Shown here: positions 17,324 through 28,119 of the stretch, piece by piece | How the letters are laid out: each line of letters starts with the position of its first letter | How positions within the stretch are numbered: position 1 is the stretch's first letter | Virus record (IMG/VR): IMGVR_UViG_3300042934_000350 | Location: 1 to 38,401 of that record | Strand: one strand, 5' to 3' | Length of the DNA: 38,401 nucleotides | DNA from: a virus | Lineage: Duplodnaviria > Caudoviricetes | Made by a program: the position numbers and the translations under genes | The notes under the pieces: generated by a model | Databases searched by the model: none | The model's input: only the letters and a program-made list of their open reading frames with translations | What the model was told of the DNA's origin: nothing

Positions 17324-18154
17324 ATGGCTATAAATTACGCATCAAAATTTGACAAGAAGGTAGTAGAAAGATTCCAATTAAAATCCCTTACAGAAGCAGC
17401 GGTAAATACAGATTATGAATGGTCAGGTGTTTCTACAGTAACAGCTTACAGTTATCCAACAACTGCATTATCTGATTACACCCTAACAGGCGCAGCAAGA
17501 TATGGAACAGCAGCAGAGCAGCAAAACACTAAGCAAGATATGACAGTTGCAAAGGATAGATCAGCAACAATCACTGTAGACAGAAAGACACTAGATGATA
17601 CTAATACTACAGCACAAGGCAATAAAATACTTTCAAGACAAATAAATGAAGTATATATCCCAGAAGTTGACACATACAGACTTGCGGCAATGGTTACAGC
17701 GGCAGTAGCAAACTCAGCAGTAACAGCAGCAACAGCAATAACAGCTTCAAATGCTTATTCAAGTTTACTGACAGCTACAGAGTGGTTTGGCAATAAGAAA
17801 GTGCCACTAGAAGGTAGAATTTGTTATTGTTCATATTCCTTCTACAAATTCATAAAGCTTGATACTGCATTTATTAAAAACTCTGACTTAGGTCAAAAGG
17901 CATTAATAAATGGTCAAGTTGGAGAAGTAGATGGAGTTAAGTTAGTTCCAGTACCATCTTCATATTTACCTGCTAACACAGCGTTTGTTATGTGTCACCC
18001 ATCAGTAACGGTAGGAGTTAAGAAATTAGAAGATTACAAAATACATGACAATCCTCCTGGAATCAGCGGTATCCAAATTGATATGCGTTTCAGATATGAT
18101 GCATTCGTTCTTGATACTAAGAAAGACGGATTGTACTGTCATAAAATAGCATAG
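17324..18154 (+). CDS. Major capsid protein (HK97 fold, N4-gp56-like)
   Basis: MAINYASKF...PEVDTYRL...GQVGEVDGV...HDNPPGISG...RFRYDAFVL; position after scaffold. Confidence 0.9.
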   Translation: MAINYASKFDKKVVERFQLKSLTEAAVNTDYEWSGVSTVTAYSYPTTALSDYTLTGAARYGTAAEQQNTKQDMTVAKDRSATITVDRKTLDDTNTTAQGNKILSRQINEVYIPEVDTYRLAAMVTAAVANSAVTAATAITASNAYSSLLTATEWFGNKKVPLEGRICYCSYSFYKFIKLDTAFIKNSDLGQKALINGQVGEVDGVKLVPVPSSYLPANTAFVMCHPSVTVGVKKLEDYKIHDNPPGISGIQIDMRFRYDAFVLDTKKDGLYCHKIA

Positions 18155-18166
18155 GAGGTAGTTTAG

Positions 18167-18292
18167 ATGTTATTCAAGCATAAAGAGAATGGAAACATTA
18201 TAGAACTTGATAACCCTTCAACATTCTCACTTGCAGAGCGTAACGGCTTTGAAAAGGTAGAGAAAGAAGAAAAAGAAAAACCTAAGAAGTAA
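18167..18292 (+). CDS. Small hypothetical protein (41 aa)
   Basis: AGGAGG RBS directly after the capsid gene. Confidence 0.6.
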   Translation: MLFKHKENGNIIELDNPSTFSLAERNGFEKVEKEEKEKPKK

Positions 18293-18305
18293 CTTGCTTC
18301 ACCAT

Positions 18306-18341
18306 AGCGAGGGGGACTAAAAATCTTCCTCGCTTATTTTT
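18306..18341 (+). terminator. Intrinsic terminator after the head genes
   Basis: AGCGAGGGGGA...TCTTCCTCGCT followed by TATTTTT. Confidence 0.75.
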
Positions 18342-18358
18342 GTTTTAGGAGGTATAAC

Positions 18359-18601
18359 ATGAACAATTTACATTGTGGTGTAGTAATCACAAATACAACC
18401 CCGGTAACAGGTAATTTTAGAGCAATAATGGTATTAACTGCAGCAGTATTTACTACGTTGACAGCGCAAGGACATACAACAAATGGATCTGTAACACAAT
18501 CTGTGGCTGCTGACTATGGCACTGTTCCAGTCGGAGTAATGCTATATGGTACATTCACAGCTATTACATTAACAAGCGGTAAGGTTATAGCTTATAAATA
18601 G
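18359..18601 (+). CDS. Putative virion structural protein
   Basis: Thr/Val/Gly-rich beta-type protein in the structural module. Confidence 0.55.
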   Translation: MNNLHCGVVITNTTPVTGNFRAIMVLTAAVFTTLTAQGHTTNGSVTQSVAADYGTVPVGVMLYGTFTAITLTSGKVIAYK

Positions 18602-18612
18602 GCGGTGATTAA

Positions 18613-19014
18613 ATGTCAGAATCAGCAAGAAGTATATTTTCAAAAGTCAGAGCATTATTAAACACATATACAGAAGATGGAGTACAAATACCTGAGCCAG
18701 ATTATATTGACATGCAAGAAAAAGCTATACCTTTGATAGATATGGGACATAAAGAATTATACGAGATGGCTAGAACAGACTTAGCCAAAGAAGAACCTGA
18801 CACAATAACGGATATAGAAGATATTACGGAAGTTAATTATAAAGCAGATCAAGCAATTGTTTATTATGTTGCTGCAAGATTAGCACCATTTAAGAAAAAG
18901 GATCTAGTAACATTCTTTGAAGATAAATTTGAGCAATTAAAATCAACTTGCAAAAATAAAGCCGTGGCTGTACCTATAACAGATGCTTATGCGGAGAGTG
19001 ATAATAATGGCTAG
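18613..19014 (+). CDS. Putative head-tail adaptor
   Basis: Helical 133-aa protein with AIVYYVAARL, before the nozzle-like gene. Confidence 0.6.
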   Translation: MSESARSIFSKVRALLNTYTEDGVQIPEPDYIDMQEKAIPLIDMGHKELYEMARTDLAKEEPDTITDIEDITEVNYKADQAIVYYVAARLAPFKKKDLVTFFEDKFEQLKSTCKNKAVAVPITDAYAESDNNG

Positions 19015-20770
19015 ATATACACCGAGCAAGAACCCTGATCCAATCGCAATAAAAGCATGGTTAGGAACTAACGAAGCGGTAGGATTAACAGGCTTAAAGT
19101 TAGGCGAAGCACTAAGGCAAGTAAACTATAGAATCACAAAAGACTTTCATCCTAAGAAGCGAGAAGGGCATAAGACATTTATAGATTATGCCAATGTAAA
19201 GAATATACAGGGCATGTGGAAAGGTACAATTGCAAGTAAGAATGTGCTTATATCCTGTAATGATGGCAAGGTATATGAATACAACCTTGCAACAGAAATA
19301 AATACTCAGATTGGCACTATGACAGATGCTAAGACGAGTATTTTTTATTTTGAATCAAAGCTGTACTTTATGAACGGCACAGACTACAAGCAGTATGACG
19401 GAACAACCTTTCAAGATGTGGTGCCTTATGTGCCTACAATAGCAGAAGCAACTCCACCATCAGGCGGTGGAACTGATGCAGAGCCTATAAATCTATTAAC
19501 TGGAGCTAAAAAACAAAGCTTTATAGCCGATGGTACAGCAACTAAATTCGTAATCAGAGAGCAAAACATAGATGCTGATGCTGTAATAGGTTGGTATAAC
19601 GGAGCAGTTAAAGCAGAAACAACAGATTTCACAGTAAATAGAACTACTGGAGAAATTACAACATTAGCTTCACAGCCGGAAGATACAGAAGTTATTTTTC
19701 AATGGGTAAAAGTCGATGCTACCCATGCAAACCTAGTGAAGAAAAATCGTTTTGCTACTAAGTTTGGTGTAGGAAATGACACTTCTGTATTCGCATGGGG
19801 GCACCCTGACTTTAAAAATGTGCGTAGATGGTGCGGTACTCTTAATGCTGGCTATTTCCCTATAACAAATCTCACTAATGTAGGTACAAATGATTCAGCA
19901 ATAACAGATATTAAAACCAACAATGCAAACTACCAGATCATATTCAAAGAGGGAGAAACACATTTCAGTTATGCAGAATACATTGCAGCCACTGGCACAT
20001 GGGATTACCCGGTAAAGAATCTACGTTCAGATGTTGGCAATATAACTTTTAATAGTGTGCAAATAGTCAACAACAGCCCATTATCAATACAAGGTAAATC
20101 GTGGTGGTTATGGTCAAGCACAACTGTAAAAGACGAAAGAAATGCAGATGTAATTAGCGAGAGGTTAAGAAGCTCGTTATCAGCTATAGACCTTACAACA
20201 GCAGTAACATTTGACTATCAAAGTGAGAAGGAATATTGGTGTAATGTCGATGATATAGTTTACATTTGGAACTATGGCAATAACACTATGTACACCTTTG
20301 ACAATATCAGCGGTGCTTGCTTCTTGGATATAGACGGAGTGGTTTATTATGGCTCGCACGGTACTGTAGAGCGAATGGAAGGTACTGACGATAACGGCAT
20401 AGCAATTACAGCACAAATTGACACAGGATTTAATGCTTATGGTGCTATGCACATGATAAAGTCAAGCGATTCAATATATTTGGGTTTGCTTCCTGATAGC
20501 AGAACATCATTAAAGATATATTTTAGGACTAACAAAAAGACAGAGTGGAAACTAGTCAAAAAAGTTGCTGAGTATGCCCTTATAGACTTTGACAATATCG
20601 ACTTTGACGATTTCTCATTTCTTACTAATAGAAACCCTCAAACATTCGCAATGCCATTCACATCAGGTGATTACACATATATACAATATCGATTTGAAAA
20701 TGCGGAATTAGACGAAACATGCATAATACTTGATTTCTTAGTCAACGCAGAAGTACAAGGCGAAATATAA
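19007..20770 (+). CDS. Tail nozzle / DNA stabilisation protein (P22 gp10-like position)
   Basis: About 590 aa, beta-rich and aromatic, between adaptor and tailspike; start moved to ATG 19007. Confidence 0.65.
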   Translation: MARYTPSKNPDPIAIKAWLGTNEAVGLTGLKLGEALRQVNYRITKDFHPKKREGHKTFIDYANVKNIQGMWKGTIASKNVLISCNDGKVYEYNLATEINTQIGTMTDAKTSIFYFESKLYFMNGTDYKQYDGTTFQDVVPYVPTIAEATPPSGGGTDAEPINLLTGAKKQSFIADGTATKFVIREQNIDADAVIGWYNGAVKAETTDFTVNRTTGEITTLASQPEDTEVIFQWVKVDATHANLVKKNRFATKFGVGNDTSVFAWGHPDFKNVRRWCGTLNAGYFPITNLTNVGTNDSAITDIKTNNANYQIIFKEGETHFSYAEYIAATGTWDYPVKNLRSDVGNITFNSVQIVNNSPLSIQGKSWWLWSSTTVKDERNADVISERLRSSLSAIDLTTAVTFDYQSEKEYWCNVDDIVYIWNYGNNTMYTFDNISGACFLDIDGVVYYGSHGTVERMEGTDDNGIAITAQIDTGFNAYGAMHMIKSSDSIYLGLLPDSRTSLKIYFRTNKKTEWKLVKKVAEYALIDFDNIDFDDFSFLTNRNPQTFAMPFTSGDYTYIQYRFENAELDETCIILDFLVNAEVQGEI

Positions 20771-20784
20771 AGGGAGATGATACG

Positions 20785-22953
20785 ATGAGCCTTACAAGAC
20801 CATCATGGGTGACAAATACAATACAATCATTAGCAAACAGAGTGCAAGGGCAAGGAACGGCATTAAAACAAAACTTCGATAAATTAGCAAGCGATACAAA
20901 AACATACACCACTAATTTATGTGATGAAATAGAAACACAATTCACATCAAAGAGTGAGATTACAAATAATAGAAAACTATCAGCAATGGGTGATTTCACA
21001 GGAACTTGGAATGGTGTACCTATGACATCTGCGGAACCTGGATTGTCAAGCGCGTTTAATGCGTACAAAACACACAACGCAGTCGATGTAAAAGACTATG
21101 GCGCAAAGGGTGACGGAGTTACAGACGATACAGCATCAATACAAGCAGCTTTAAATTATGTTGAATCTATTGGTGGAGGTAATGTATTAATCCCAAGTTC
21201 TACGGCAGATTATATGATAAGCGATACGATACGCATAGGTTCGAATACAACGCTTATATTTCAAGGGAAAAGCTACTTAAAACTATCCACTTATACAAGT
21301 GTGGGTACTGTAATTTTTAACAAACTCGGAGCAACAAATATTGATATAATAAACCCTCTAATCAATGGCAACAACATAAGTGCCGGTGGAGAAAATGGGA
21401 TTTCTTGCGGTGATTGCGGTTCAATGCATGTTATAGGTGGTCATATAAAAAACTGCGTACTTAATCCCGATCCAGCGGGCCCTAAAAGTGGCGGGAAAGC
21501 ATTCCAAGTCGAATCATACAATGTAGGTGACTTTTGGGCAAATGGTACTCTGATTGAAAATTGTAGCAAAGCGTTGTCGAGTGTAAGAGATTTGTCGCAC
21601 GTAGGTAAAGTAAATGTTAGATTTGATAATATTCACGCTAAAAACTGCAATCAGTTTTCAATTTTTACGCAACAAAACGGAACAGATGCATTAGGATTAG
21701 AACACGAGATAATGGTTACTAATTTTATTGCAGAAAATTGCGGTAGTACGGATGGTGTATTTATTTTCTCTAGGACGCATAATTGTCATTTTATAAATGG
21801 AAGAATCATCAACGCAAGTAAAGTTGATTCCATTATAAGAGGTAGGCATAGCAGATGCACTTTTGATAATATTGATATTCTTGGGAATTGTTCATCTGCA
21901 ATAGATTTAAACCCTTCATATTTTGGACTATCCACAGATGTAGCACAAGAAAACAAATACGATTTTAAAGTGTTTGGTACTTATGACTATCTATTAAAAT
22001 CAGATACAACAGGAACAACTTACATTAATAATGCTTTACTTGCTTCTGAAATCAATGCTTTATTAGTTAATGATGCGGTTATAGGGTTAGTGGAAAGCCA
22101 CGCTGCTAGTCAAACAACTATAATGAAAATTATGAATGCAAGCGGAAAAAGAATTATAAACTCAACAACTAATGTTTATTTCTTAACCAATACATTTGCA
22201 CTTGCACCTAAGTTAAAAATGGAATATCACACTTTGGATAATCTCAATATGGCTATAAACATGCCTATTAAAGATAGCGCATCAGCTTTAAATGTCGGCG
22301 CTAACGGATTAACATATGCAATGAGATTGTATGACGCGGATCTTAAATGGAATATGAGGTTTAAGCCTGCTGCATTTTCTACTATTGAGATACTTACCGA
22401 AACTAACACGCAAGCACCTTTAACGATGTTTGCAAGTTCATATGATCTAATGATTGGCGCAACTTCTAAACTAGCAGTAAGAAGTGGAGCTGTTTCTCCT
22501 GGTGACGATAATGTAACATCGTGCGGAGGAGCTTCAGTAAGATGGTCACAACTTTATGCAGGAACTGCAACTATAAGCACTTCTGACGAAAGGGTAAAAA
22601 CAGAAATAACAGAAATAAATGAAGCTGTATTGAGAGTGTGGAGTAAGGTTAATTTTACACAATTTAAGTTTACAGATTCAGTAAATGAAAAAGGCAAAGA
22701 AGCAAGAATACATTTTGGATTAATTGCTCAACAAGTTAAAGAAGCATTTGAAAGTGAAGGTTTAGATCCATTTGCTTATGGATTGCTATGTTATGATGAA
22801 TGGCCCGATGAATATAAAGATATTCTTGACGAAAAAGGAAATCCGACAGGCGAAAAACAATTGATTATAAAAGCCGGCAATAGATACGGCATCAGATATG
22901 AAGAAGCTTTAGCACTTGAATGTGCTTATTTAAGGTCAAGGCTGAATGCATAA
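20785..22953 (+). CDS. Tailspike with pectate-lyase-like beta-helix and C-terminal S74 intramolecular chaperone
   Basis: VDVKDYGAKGDGVTDDTASIQAA motif; TSDERVK cleavage site; HFGLIAQ and YGIRYEEALALE. Confidence 0.9.
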   Translation: MSLTRPSWVTNTIQSLANRVQGQGTALKQNFDKLASDTKTYTTNLCDEIETQFTSKSEITNNRKLSAMGDFTGTWNGVPMTSAEPGLSSAFNAYKTHNAVDVKDYGAKGDGVTDDTASIQAALNYVESIGGGNVLIPSSTADYMISDTIRIGSNTTLIFQGKSYLKLSTYTSVGTVIFNKLGATNIDIINPLINGNNISAGGENGISCGDCGSMHVIGGHIKNCVLNPDPAGPKSGGKAFQVESYNVGDFWANGTLIENCSKALSSVRDLSHVGKVNVRFDNIHAKNCNQFSIFTQQNGTDALGLEHEIMVTNFIAENCGSTDGVFIFSRTHNCHFINGRIINASKVDSIIRGRHSRCTFDNIDILGNCSSAIDLNPSYFGLSTDVAQENKYDFKVFGTYDYLLKSDTTGTTYINNALLASEINALLVNDAVIGLVESHAASQTTIMKIMNASGKRIINSTTNVYFLTNTFALAPKLKMEYHTLDNLNMAINMPIKDSASALNVGANGLTYAMRLYDADLKWNMRFKPAAFSTIEILTETNTQAPLTMFASSYDLMIGATSKLAVRSGAVSPGDDNVTSCGGASVRWSQLYAGTATISTSDERVKTEITEINEAVLRVWSKVNFTQFKFTDSVNEKGKEARIHFGLIAQQVKEAFESEGLDPFAYGLLCYDEWPDEYKDILDEKGNPTGEKQLIIKAGNRYGIRYEEALALECAYLRSRLNA

Positions 22954-22957
22954 TCAC

Positions 22958-22981
22958 AAGAGAGGGTAAAACCTCTCTTTT
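22958..22981 (+). terminator. Intrinsic terminator
   Basis: AAGAGAGG gtaaaa CCTCTCTT followed by T residues. Confidence 0.7.
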
Positions 22982-23005
22982 AATTTACTCTAAAGGAGTG
23001 AGAAT

Positions 23006-24304
23006 ATGACCAAAGAACAAGAAAGAGCAATCATAGAAGCTAATCAAAAAGCAACTAAAGTTGGAGTATACGATAACCCTATAAACAAAGATATGGTTGC
23101 AGTAAAAGACCAATACGGAAGTTTTAACGGAATGCAAGCGAACGAAGCTGATGCGTGGCTAAATGGCGGTGCTGACAGATTAAATGCTAAAGCATTGCAG
23201 ATAGCACAAGACAACGAAAGCGCAAGAATGGCTGATTTGGAAATGACTAGAAGTAGGGATGAAAGAAACGATGCCAGAGCAGAAAGAAGTTTTGCAACAA
23301 ACCCACAGCAAACGCTTGCTAATATACAACAACAAAACAATATAACAAGCTTAGAACAAGCTAAAAACAACGCACTAGCCAACCCTATAACAGATCCGCA
23401 AAAACAGAAAGTAAAACAAAATACCTATGATGCAAACTTACAAGCAAGAGCGGCAAAGGGTCAAAATTCAAGAAGTTTTGCTGAATTTCTATCGCAAAGA
23501 GGATTAGCAAGTTCAGGTGTGGCAGCATTAGGTGAAAGTACATTTGGCGGTCAGATGCAAAGTACTATAGGTAAAAATAAGATAGCAGAGAATCAAGCAT
23601 ACATGGATATAGATGCAAACGAAGCACAAAGACAGATTGTCGAAAAGCAAAGGCAAGATGATATTGCAAGAGAAGAAGCAAGATATAGAGATCAACAAAC
23701 ATACCAACAAGGAAGAGATTCGCAAGCCGATAGCAGATACTGGGCTGATTATGCAACTAATAACGAAGATAGAAAGCTAGACAATAAAATTAATGAACAA
23801 ACTTACAATACTAATGAAGCTAGAATTAAACAAGCTGAAACAGATAGATTAAAAAATGAATTTATATCAACTATAGGTCAGTATGCTAACAATTTCCAAG
23901 CACAAATAAATAAATTGCAGAATGATGGTGACACATCAAACGATTGGCAAATAGCTATATTGGCGAACGAAAGACAAGGTAAGATAACCGAAGCGCAAAA
24001 TAGATTCCAACAACAAGGCATAGTCACAGCAGACCTAGCACCTATACTCGGATTACCAGCAGGCACTATGACACCTCAGTACGAACAAAATCAGAAAATA
24101 CTACAAGCAAAAGCAACAGAAACGGCATTAAAGGCTGAAACTGAAATGGCTTGGGATAAATACAAGGCAAATGCACCATTAACAGCTAGAGAATATCAAT
24201 TAATAGGTGTGCCACAAGGCAATAAATATGTACCGCCTAAAAATACGGCTCCTGTTCAAAAATCTTCAAGTGGCGGAAATAGTGGCTATGGATTAAATTG
24301 GTAA
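23006..24304 (+). CDS. Putative ejection / internal virion protein
   Basis: Q/N/A-rich helical protein with RGLASSG motif, after the tailspike. Confidence 0.55.
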   Translation: MTKEQERAIIEANQKATKVGVYDNPINKDMVAVKDQYGSFNGMQANEADAWLNGGADRLNAKALQIAQDNESARMADLEMTRSRDERNDARAERSFATNPQQTLANIQQQNNITSLEQAKNNALANPITDPQKQKVKQNTYDANLQARAAKGQNSRSFAEFLSQRGLASSGVAALGESTFGGQMQSTIGKNKIAENQAYMDIDANEAQRQIVEKQRQDDIAREEARYRDQQTYQQGRDSQADSRYWADYATNNEDRKLDNKINEQTYNTNEARIKQAETDRLKNEFISTIGQYANNFQAQINKLQNDGDTSNDWQIAILANERQGKITEAQNRFQQQGIVTADLAPILGLPAGTMTPQYEQNQKILQAKATETALKAETEMAWDKYKANAPLTAREYQLIGVPQGNKYVPPKNTAPVQKSSSGGNSGYGLNW

Positions 24305-24317
24305 GGGAGGGTTTATA

Positions 24318-27300
24318 ATGCCTACAACAGCACAAGCCAAAAAAGCATGGGATCATGGCAGAAAATCACAGAATCATTATAATGCCCTTACTACAGAGCA
24401 AAAGGCTGCATTTTGGTATTACGGCAGAGATAACGGACTTGTTGACAGAAACAATCTCGATGAATATAAGGCTAAAGAATATGATAGGTTTGTATTCAAA
24501 AAAGAATTGCAATATGCTCCTAATGTCTATAAAAATAAAGACTATGGCACAACGGAGTTAAAAGCAGATCCCGATAATTACTCTGCTAATTTAAAGGCTG
24601 ATAAGTACGCAAATTACACCGGTCCAACTGTACCACTTAGAAAAGAAATACAGCCACTTGCTTCAACCCAAAATCTTAACCTAGCACAAAAGCAGATTAC
24701 ACCTAAGTTTATGCAACCTTTACTTCAAACTACTCCCAATATGCTAAGAAAAGAAACTCCAACAAAGCCTTTAGTAATACCCGAAACACCTACAAAACAA
24801 TTAGTTGTCGGTAAAGGTAAGAAAGTTTCAGTAAAACCTCAAGCTAAAATTACACCAAAAGACTTAAATCAAGTTGATAACCCGATTATAAGAAATGCAG
24901 GATATGCCTTGGGGGCGGTAGCCGATGGTTTTAATAATGTAGTGCAAACAATACCAACAATAGCCGTAAGAGGTGGAGAAGGTGTTGACAAGGCAATTGC
25001 GCAAGGCGAAAATCCATTGTTAGGTGCAATAAAAGGTATAGGCACAGGCATAAAAGATTCTGCGACAGGAAATGTAGTAACTAACACGCAATTAATTGAA
25101 GCATCGGCACCTAAAACAACAGCAGAGTTAAAGACTAAATACCCTAAAGCTTACAATATAGCTTCAACACTTGCTGACTTTGTGGGTGTTGATGATGTTC
25201 TTGGGTTGGGTATCATGGCAGACCTAGCAAAGGTTAAAAAGCTTAATGATTTACCAACTAGCACAAAGGCTTTGAATGAATTGTTTAGCAAGATTAAGAC
25301 CAATGCGCCTTTGACAGTAGCAGAGCAGGCAATAGTAAAAGAGAATCCTGATCTAATTAGCATAATAAGAAAAGATTTAGGAATAAACAACGGCATAGAT
25401 ACTTTAAAGACTTCAAGAGTAGTTGATGATGCAATTCCACAACCAATTATAAAACCACAATATAATATATTAGAAATGCCTAAAGCAGAAGCAAAGCCAC
25501 TAGCAAACACTAATGTATTGCCATCACAACAAAACGTGCTTAAAAAAGCTGTAGGTGATTCAGTGAGTGGTGGCGGCGATGAAGTTGCTGCAACTGTAAT
25601 GAAAGAGGCACCAAAGACTAAGCCTAAAAGGTTATCCAACAACGTTTATGAACTTCAAAGAACTGTAACAGAATTAGAAACCACAGGGCAAACAGCAAAT
25701 CCATTATATCAAGAAGCTAGAACACAACTTGACGAAGTATCCAAGTTATACGATAACACTTTGAAAAATGCCAACTTTTTAACCGATGTAGAAAAGAAAG
25801 CATTAAATGTAGAGGACTTCACTTATGACGTTAAATCTGAACTCGAAAGCCTTGCAAATGCACGCAGGAGAATATCAACTAATCTCAATGGCGAAATCCA
25901 AAACCTTTATACTAAGCAAACTTATACTGGCGAAGACTTTGACACAGCTATGGAAATACTGAAAGATAAGTTTTTAAATGAAGCAAGGCAAACAGGCAAC
26001 TACTCGCAAGTTAGAGAATGGCTACAAAACATTCGTAAATTTTCTACAGAAGCAGGTCGGGCAGTACAAGCGCACGCAAAGTATAGTAAAACTCCCGAAG
26101 GTATGGCAACAGCGGCGCAAAGAATGGTCGATAAGGCAAACGATCTTTTGAAGAAACAAAATCCTAAGCTATATGAGATTAAGAAAGCCAAAGGCGAACT
26201 GCAAGAACTTGCTGACAATGATATTAAAGAAATTATTACAGGCATGGAGAAATATGAGCAGTTACCCGAGGGATGGGATAAACAAGCAGAACTTGCAAAA
26301 GTACAAAAGCTTATAGCTGACAAATTACCTCCTACTGTGATTGACAAATACAAAGGCATACAAAGAATAGCCTTTCTTCTTAATCCCAAGACACTATTTA
26401 CTAGAAATGGATTAGGAAACCTAGTATTGCAGACAGCAGAAACTATCAAAGATATACCTGGAACGCTAGTGGATAAAGCTTTAAGTTTGAAAACAAAACA
26501 AAGAACAACCAATTTGCCGAACTTAGGCAGACTTGAAGAAGGCGCAAAAGGTTTTAAGCAAGGTTTTTCTGATGCAGTAAAAGACATGAAAGCTAATGTA
26601 AACACCTCTCCAACACAAGGCCAAGCAGAAATACAAAAGGCTAGAGTGTTTAAAAACAACGTGCTGAATAAGCTTGATGAAACAGTATCAAAAGCTTTAC
26701 AGTTAGGTGATAGACCATTCTATCAATCAGCTTATAATGATAGAATTATGCAACTAAAGCAGATTAATAAAACCGATATTGTAACTGACACTATAAAACT
26801 TGATGCAGAGGAATTTGCGCTAGAAAGAACCTTCCAAAATGACACCGAAATATCTAAGGTATTCAGCAGAATTAAAAAGGCCTCTGATAATCCAATATAT
26901 CAAGTGTTCATCAATACAGTATTGCCATTTACTAAAACTCCTGCAAATATACTAAATAAGCTAGTTGAATATACTCCGGCCGGATTTGTAAAATCAATGG
27001 TGGAGTTGGGAACATCGGCCAAAACAGGCAGAGTATTTAATCAAAAGTATTTTGTGGATAATATAGGCAGAAGTTTAACTGGCACAGGATTATTAGCGTT
27101 AGGTTATGCAGGCGCAAAGAACGGCTTCATCACAGGCAAATTGGATAAAGACAAAGAAGTTGCATCCATCGAAAGATTAATGGGTATTCAACCTTATGCT
27201 TTTGTTACTAAAGACGGCTCATATACGTTCGATTGGGCGCAGCCTGTTAGTGCATTATTAGCAATAGGCGCAGATGCTTATTATGCCGGAAAAACAAAAG

Positions 27301-28004
27301 ATACCTTTGCAGAACAATTGCAAGCAGGAGCAGAAGCAGCTGGAAACACATTCTTCAATATGAGTATGTTACAAGGCATGACAAGATTATTTAATCAATA
27401 TAATCCGGCAGCAGGAGTAATCGACAGTTTAACAGGCGGTGTTACTGGATTGGGCGCGCCAACCATATTAAACCAAACTACAAAGGTATTAGATCCTTTT
27501 GTCAGAGAAACACAAGGCAGTAAGATTAAACAGACTCAGGCCAAGATACCGGGATTAAGTCAAAACCTTCCTGCTAAATTAGATTTATTCGGTAGACCTA
27601 TAGAACAATTCCAAGGTCGAGGAATAATCAACAAAGCACTAGAAAGCTATTTAAGTCCGGGATATTATGCATCAACCAAGAACTCAACACCCGAGTTAAA
27701 AGAAGCTTACAGAGTGTATAAGTCTACGGGAGAAAAGAATATTTTCCCAAGACTTGCACCGAAAGAAATAACCGACAAAGGACAACCGATTAGATTAACT
27801 ATTGAAGAACAACAATCATTCCAAAAAGAAATGGGAGATAAGAACTTAAGAGAACTTAAAGCATTAATTAATAGTGGCCCTTATAGACTTACGAGTGATG
27901 AAAACAAAGCAGAAATGTTAAGAAAATTGATTGATGCTAATTACAATGAAACTCGAAAGAAATTTTTAAACAAAATTAAGTCTAGATTAAAGACTTTTAA
28001 ATAA
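24318..28004 (+). CDS. Large putative ejection / internal virion protein
   Basis: 1228 aa; helical C-terminal region with LPFTKTPANI and FDWAQP motifs; last structural gene before lysis. Confidence 0.6.
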   Translation: MPTTAQAKKAWDHGRKSQNHYNALTTEQKAAFWYYGRDNGLVDRNNLDEYKAKEYDRFVFKKELQYAPNVYKNKDYGTTELKADPDNYSANLKADKYANYTGPTVPLRKEIQPLASTQNLNLAQKQITPKFMQPLLQTTPNMLRKETPTKPLVIPETPTKQLVVGKGKKVSVKPQAKITPKDLNQVDNPIIRNAGYALGAVADGFNNVVQTIPTIAVRGGEGVDKAIAQGENPLLGAIKGIGTGIKDSATGNVVTNTQLIEASAPKTTAELKTKYPKAYNIASTLADFVGVDDVLGLGIMADLAKVKKLNDLPTSTKALNELFSKIKTNAPLTVAEQAIVKENPDLISIIRKDLGINNGIDTLKTSRVVDDAIPQPIIKPQYNILEMPKAEAKPLANTNVLPSQQNVLKKAVGDSVSGGGDEVAATVMKEAPKTKPKRLSNNVYELQRTVTELETTGQTANPLYQEARTQLDEVSKLYDNTLKNANFLTDVEKKALNVEDFTYDVKSELESLANARRRISTNLNGEIQNLYTKQTYTGEDFDTAMEILKDKFLNEARQTGNYSQVREWLQNIRKFSTEAGRAVQAHAKYSKTPEGMATAAQRMVDKANDLLKKQNPKLYEIKKAKGELQELADNDIKEIITGMEKYEQLPEGWDKQAELAKVQKLIADKLPPTVIDKYKGIQRIAFLLNPKTLFTRNGLGNLVLQTAETIKDIPGTLVDKALSLKTKQRTTNLPNLGRLEEGAKGFKQGFSDAVKDMKANVNTSPTQGQAEIQKARVFKNNVLNKLDETVSKALQLGDRPFYQSAYNDRIMQLKQINKTDIVTDTIKLDAEEFALERTFQNDTEISKVFSRIKKASDNPIYQVFINTVLPFTKTPANILNKLVEYTPAGFVKSMVELGTSAKTGRVFNQKYFVDNIGRSLTGTGLLALGYAGAKNGFITGKLDKDKEVASIERLMGIQPYAFVTKDGSYTFDWAQPVSALLAIGADAYYAGKTKDTFAEQLQAGAEAAGNTFFNMSMLQGMTRLFNQYNPAAGVIDSLTGGVTGLGAPTILNQTTKVLDPFVRETQGSKIKQTQAKIPGLSQNLPAKLDLFGRPIEQFQGRGIINKALESYLSPGYYASTKNSTPELKEAYRVYKSTGEKNIFPRLAPKEITDKGQPIRLTIEEQQSFQKEMGDKNLRELKALINSGPYRLTSDENKAEMLRKLIDANYNETRKKFLNKIKSRLKTFK

Positions 28005-28043
28005 AAAAATGGGAGAGCTGCCACTCACGACAAACTCTCCCAT
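28003..28043. terminator. Hairpin with A-tract, oriented as a minus-strand terminator
   Basis: aaaaaa ATGGGAGAG...CTCTCCCAT. Confidence 0.55.
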
Positions 28044-28119
28044 AACCCCCAATTAAGGAAGTTGTATTTTATTATACTCCTTCTTTTTTATTTTTCAATA
28101 GGATGGAGGACTGAAAATT

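Noticed and set aside
24318-28004. Virion RNA polymerase or tape measure protein
   Set aside because: No polymerase catalytic motifs or tape-measure repeats recognised; context fits an ejection protein
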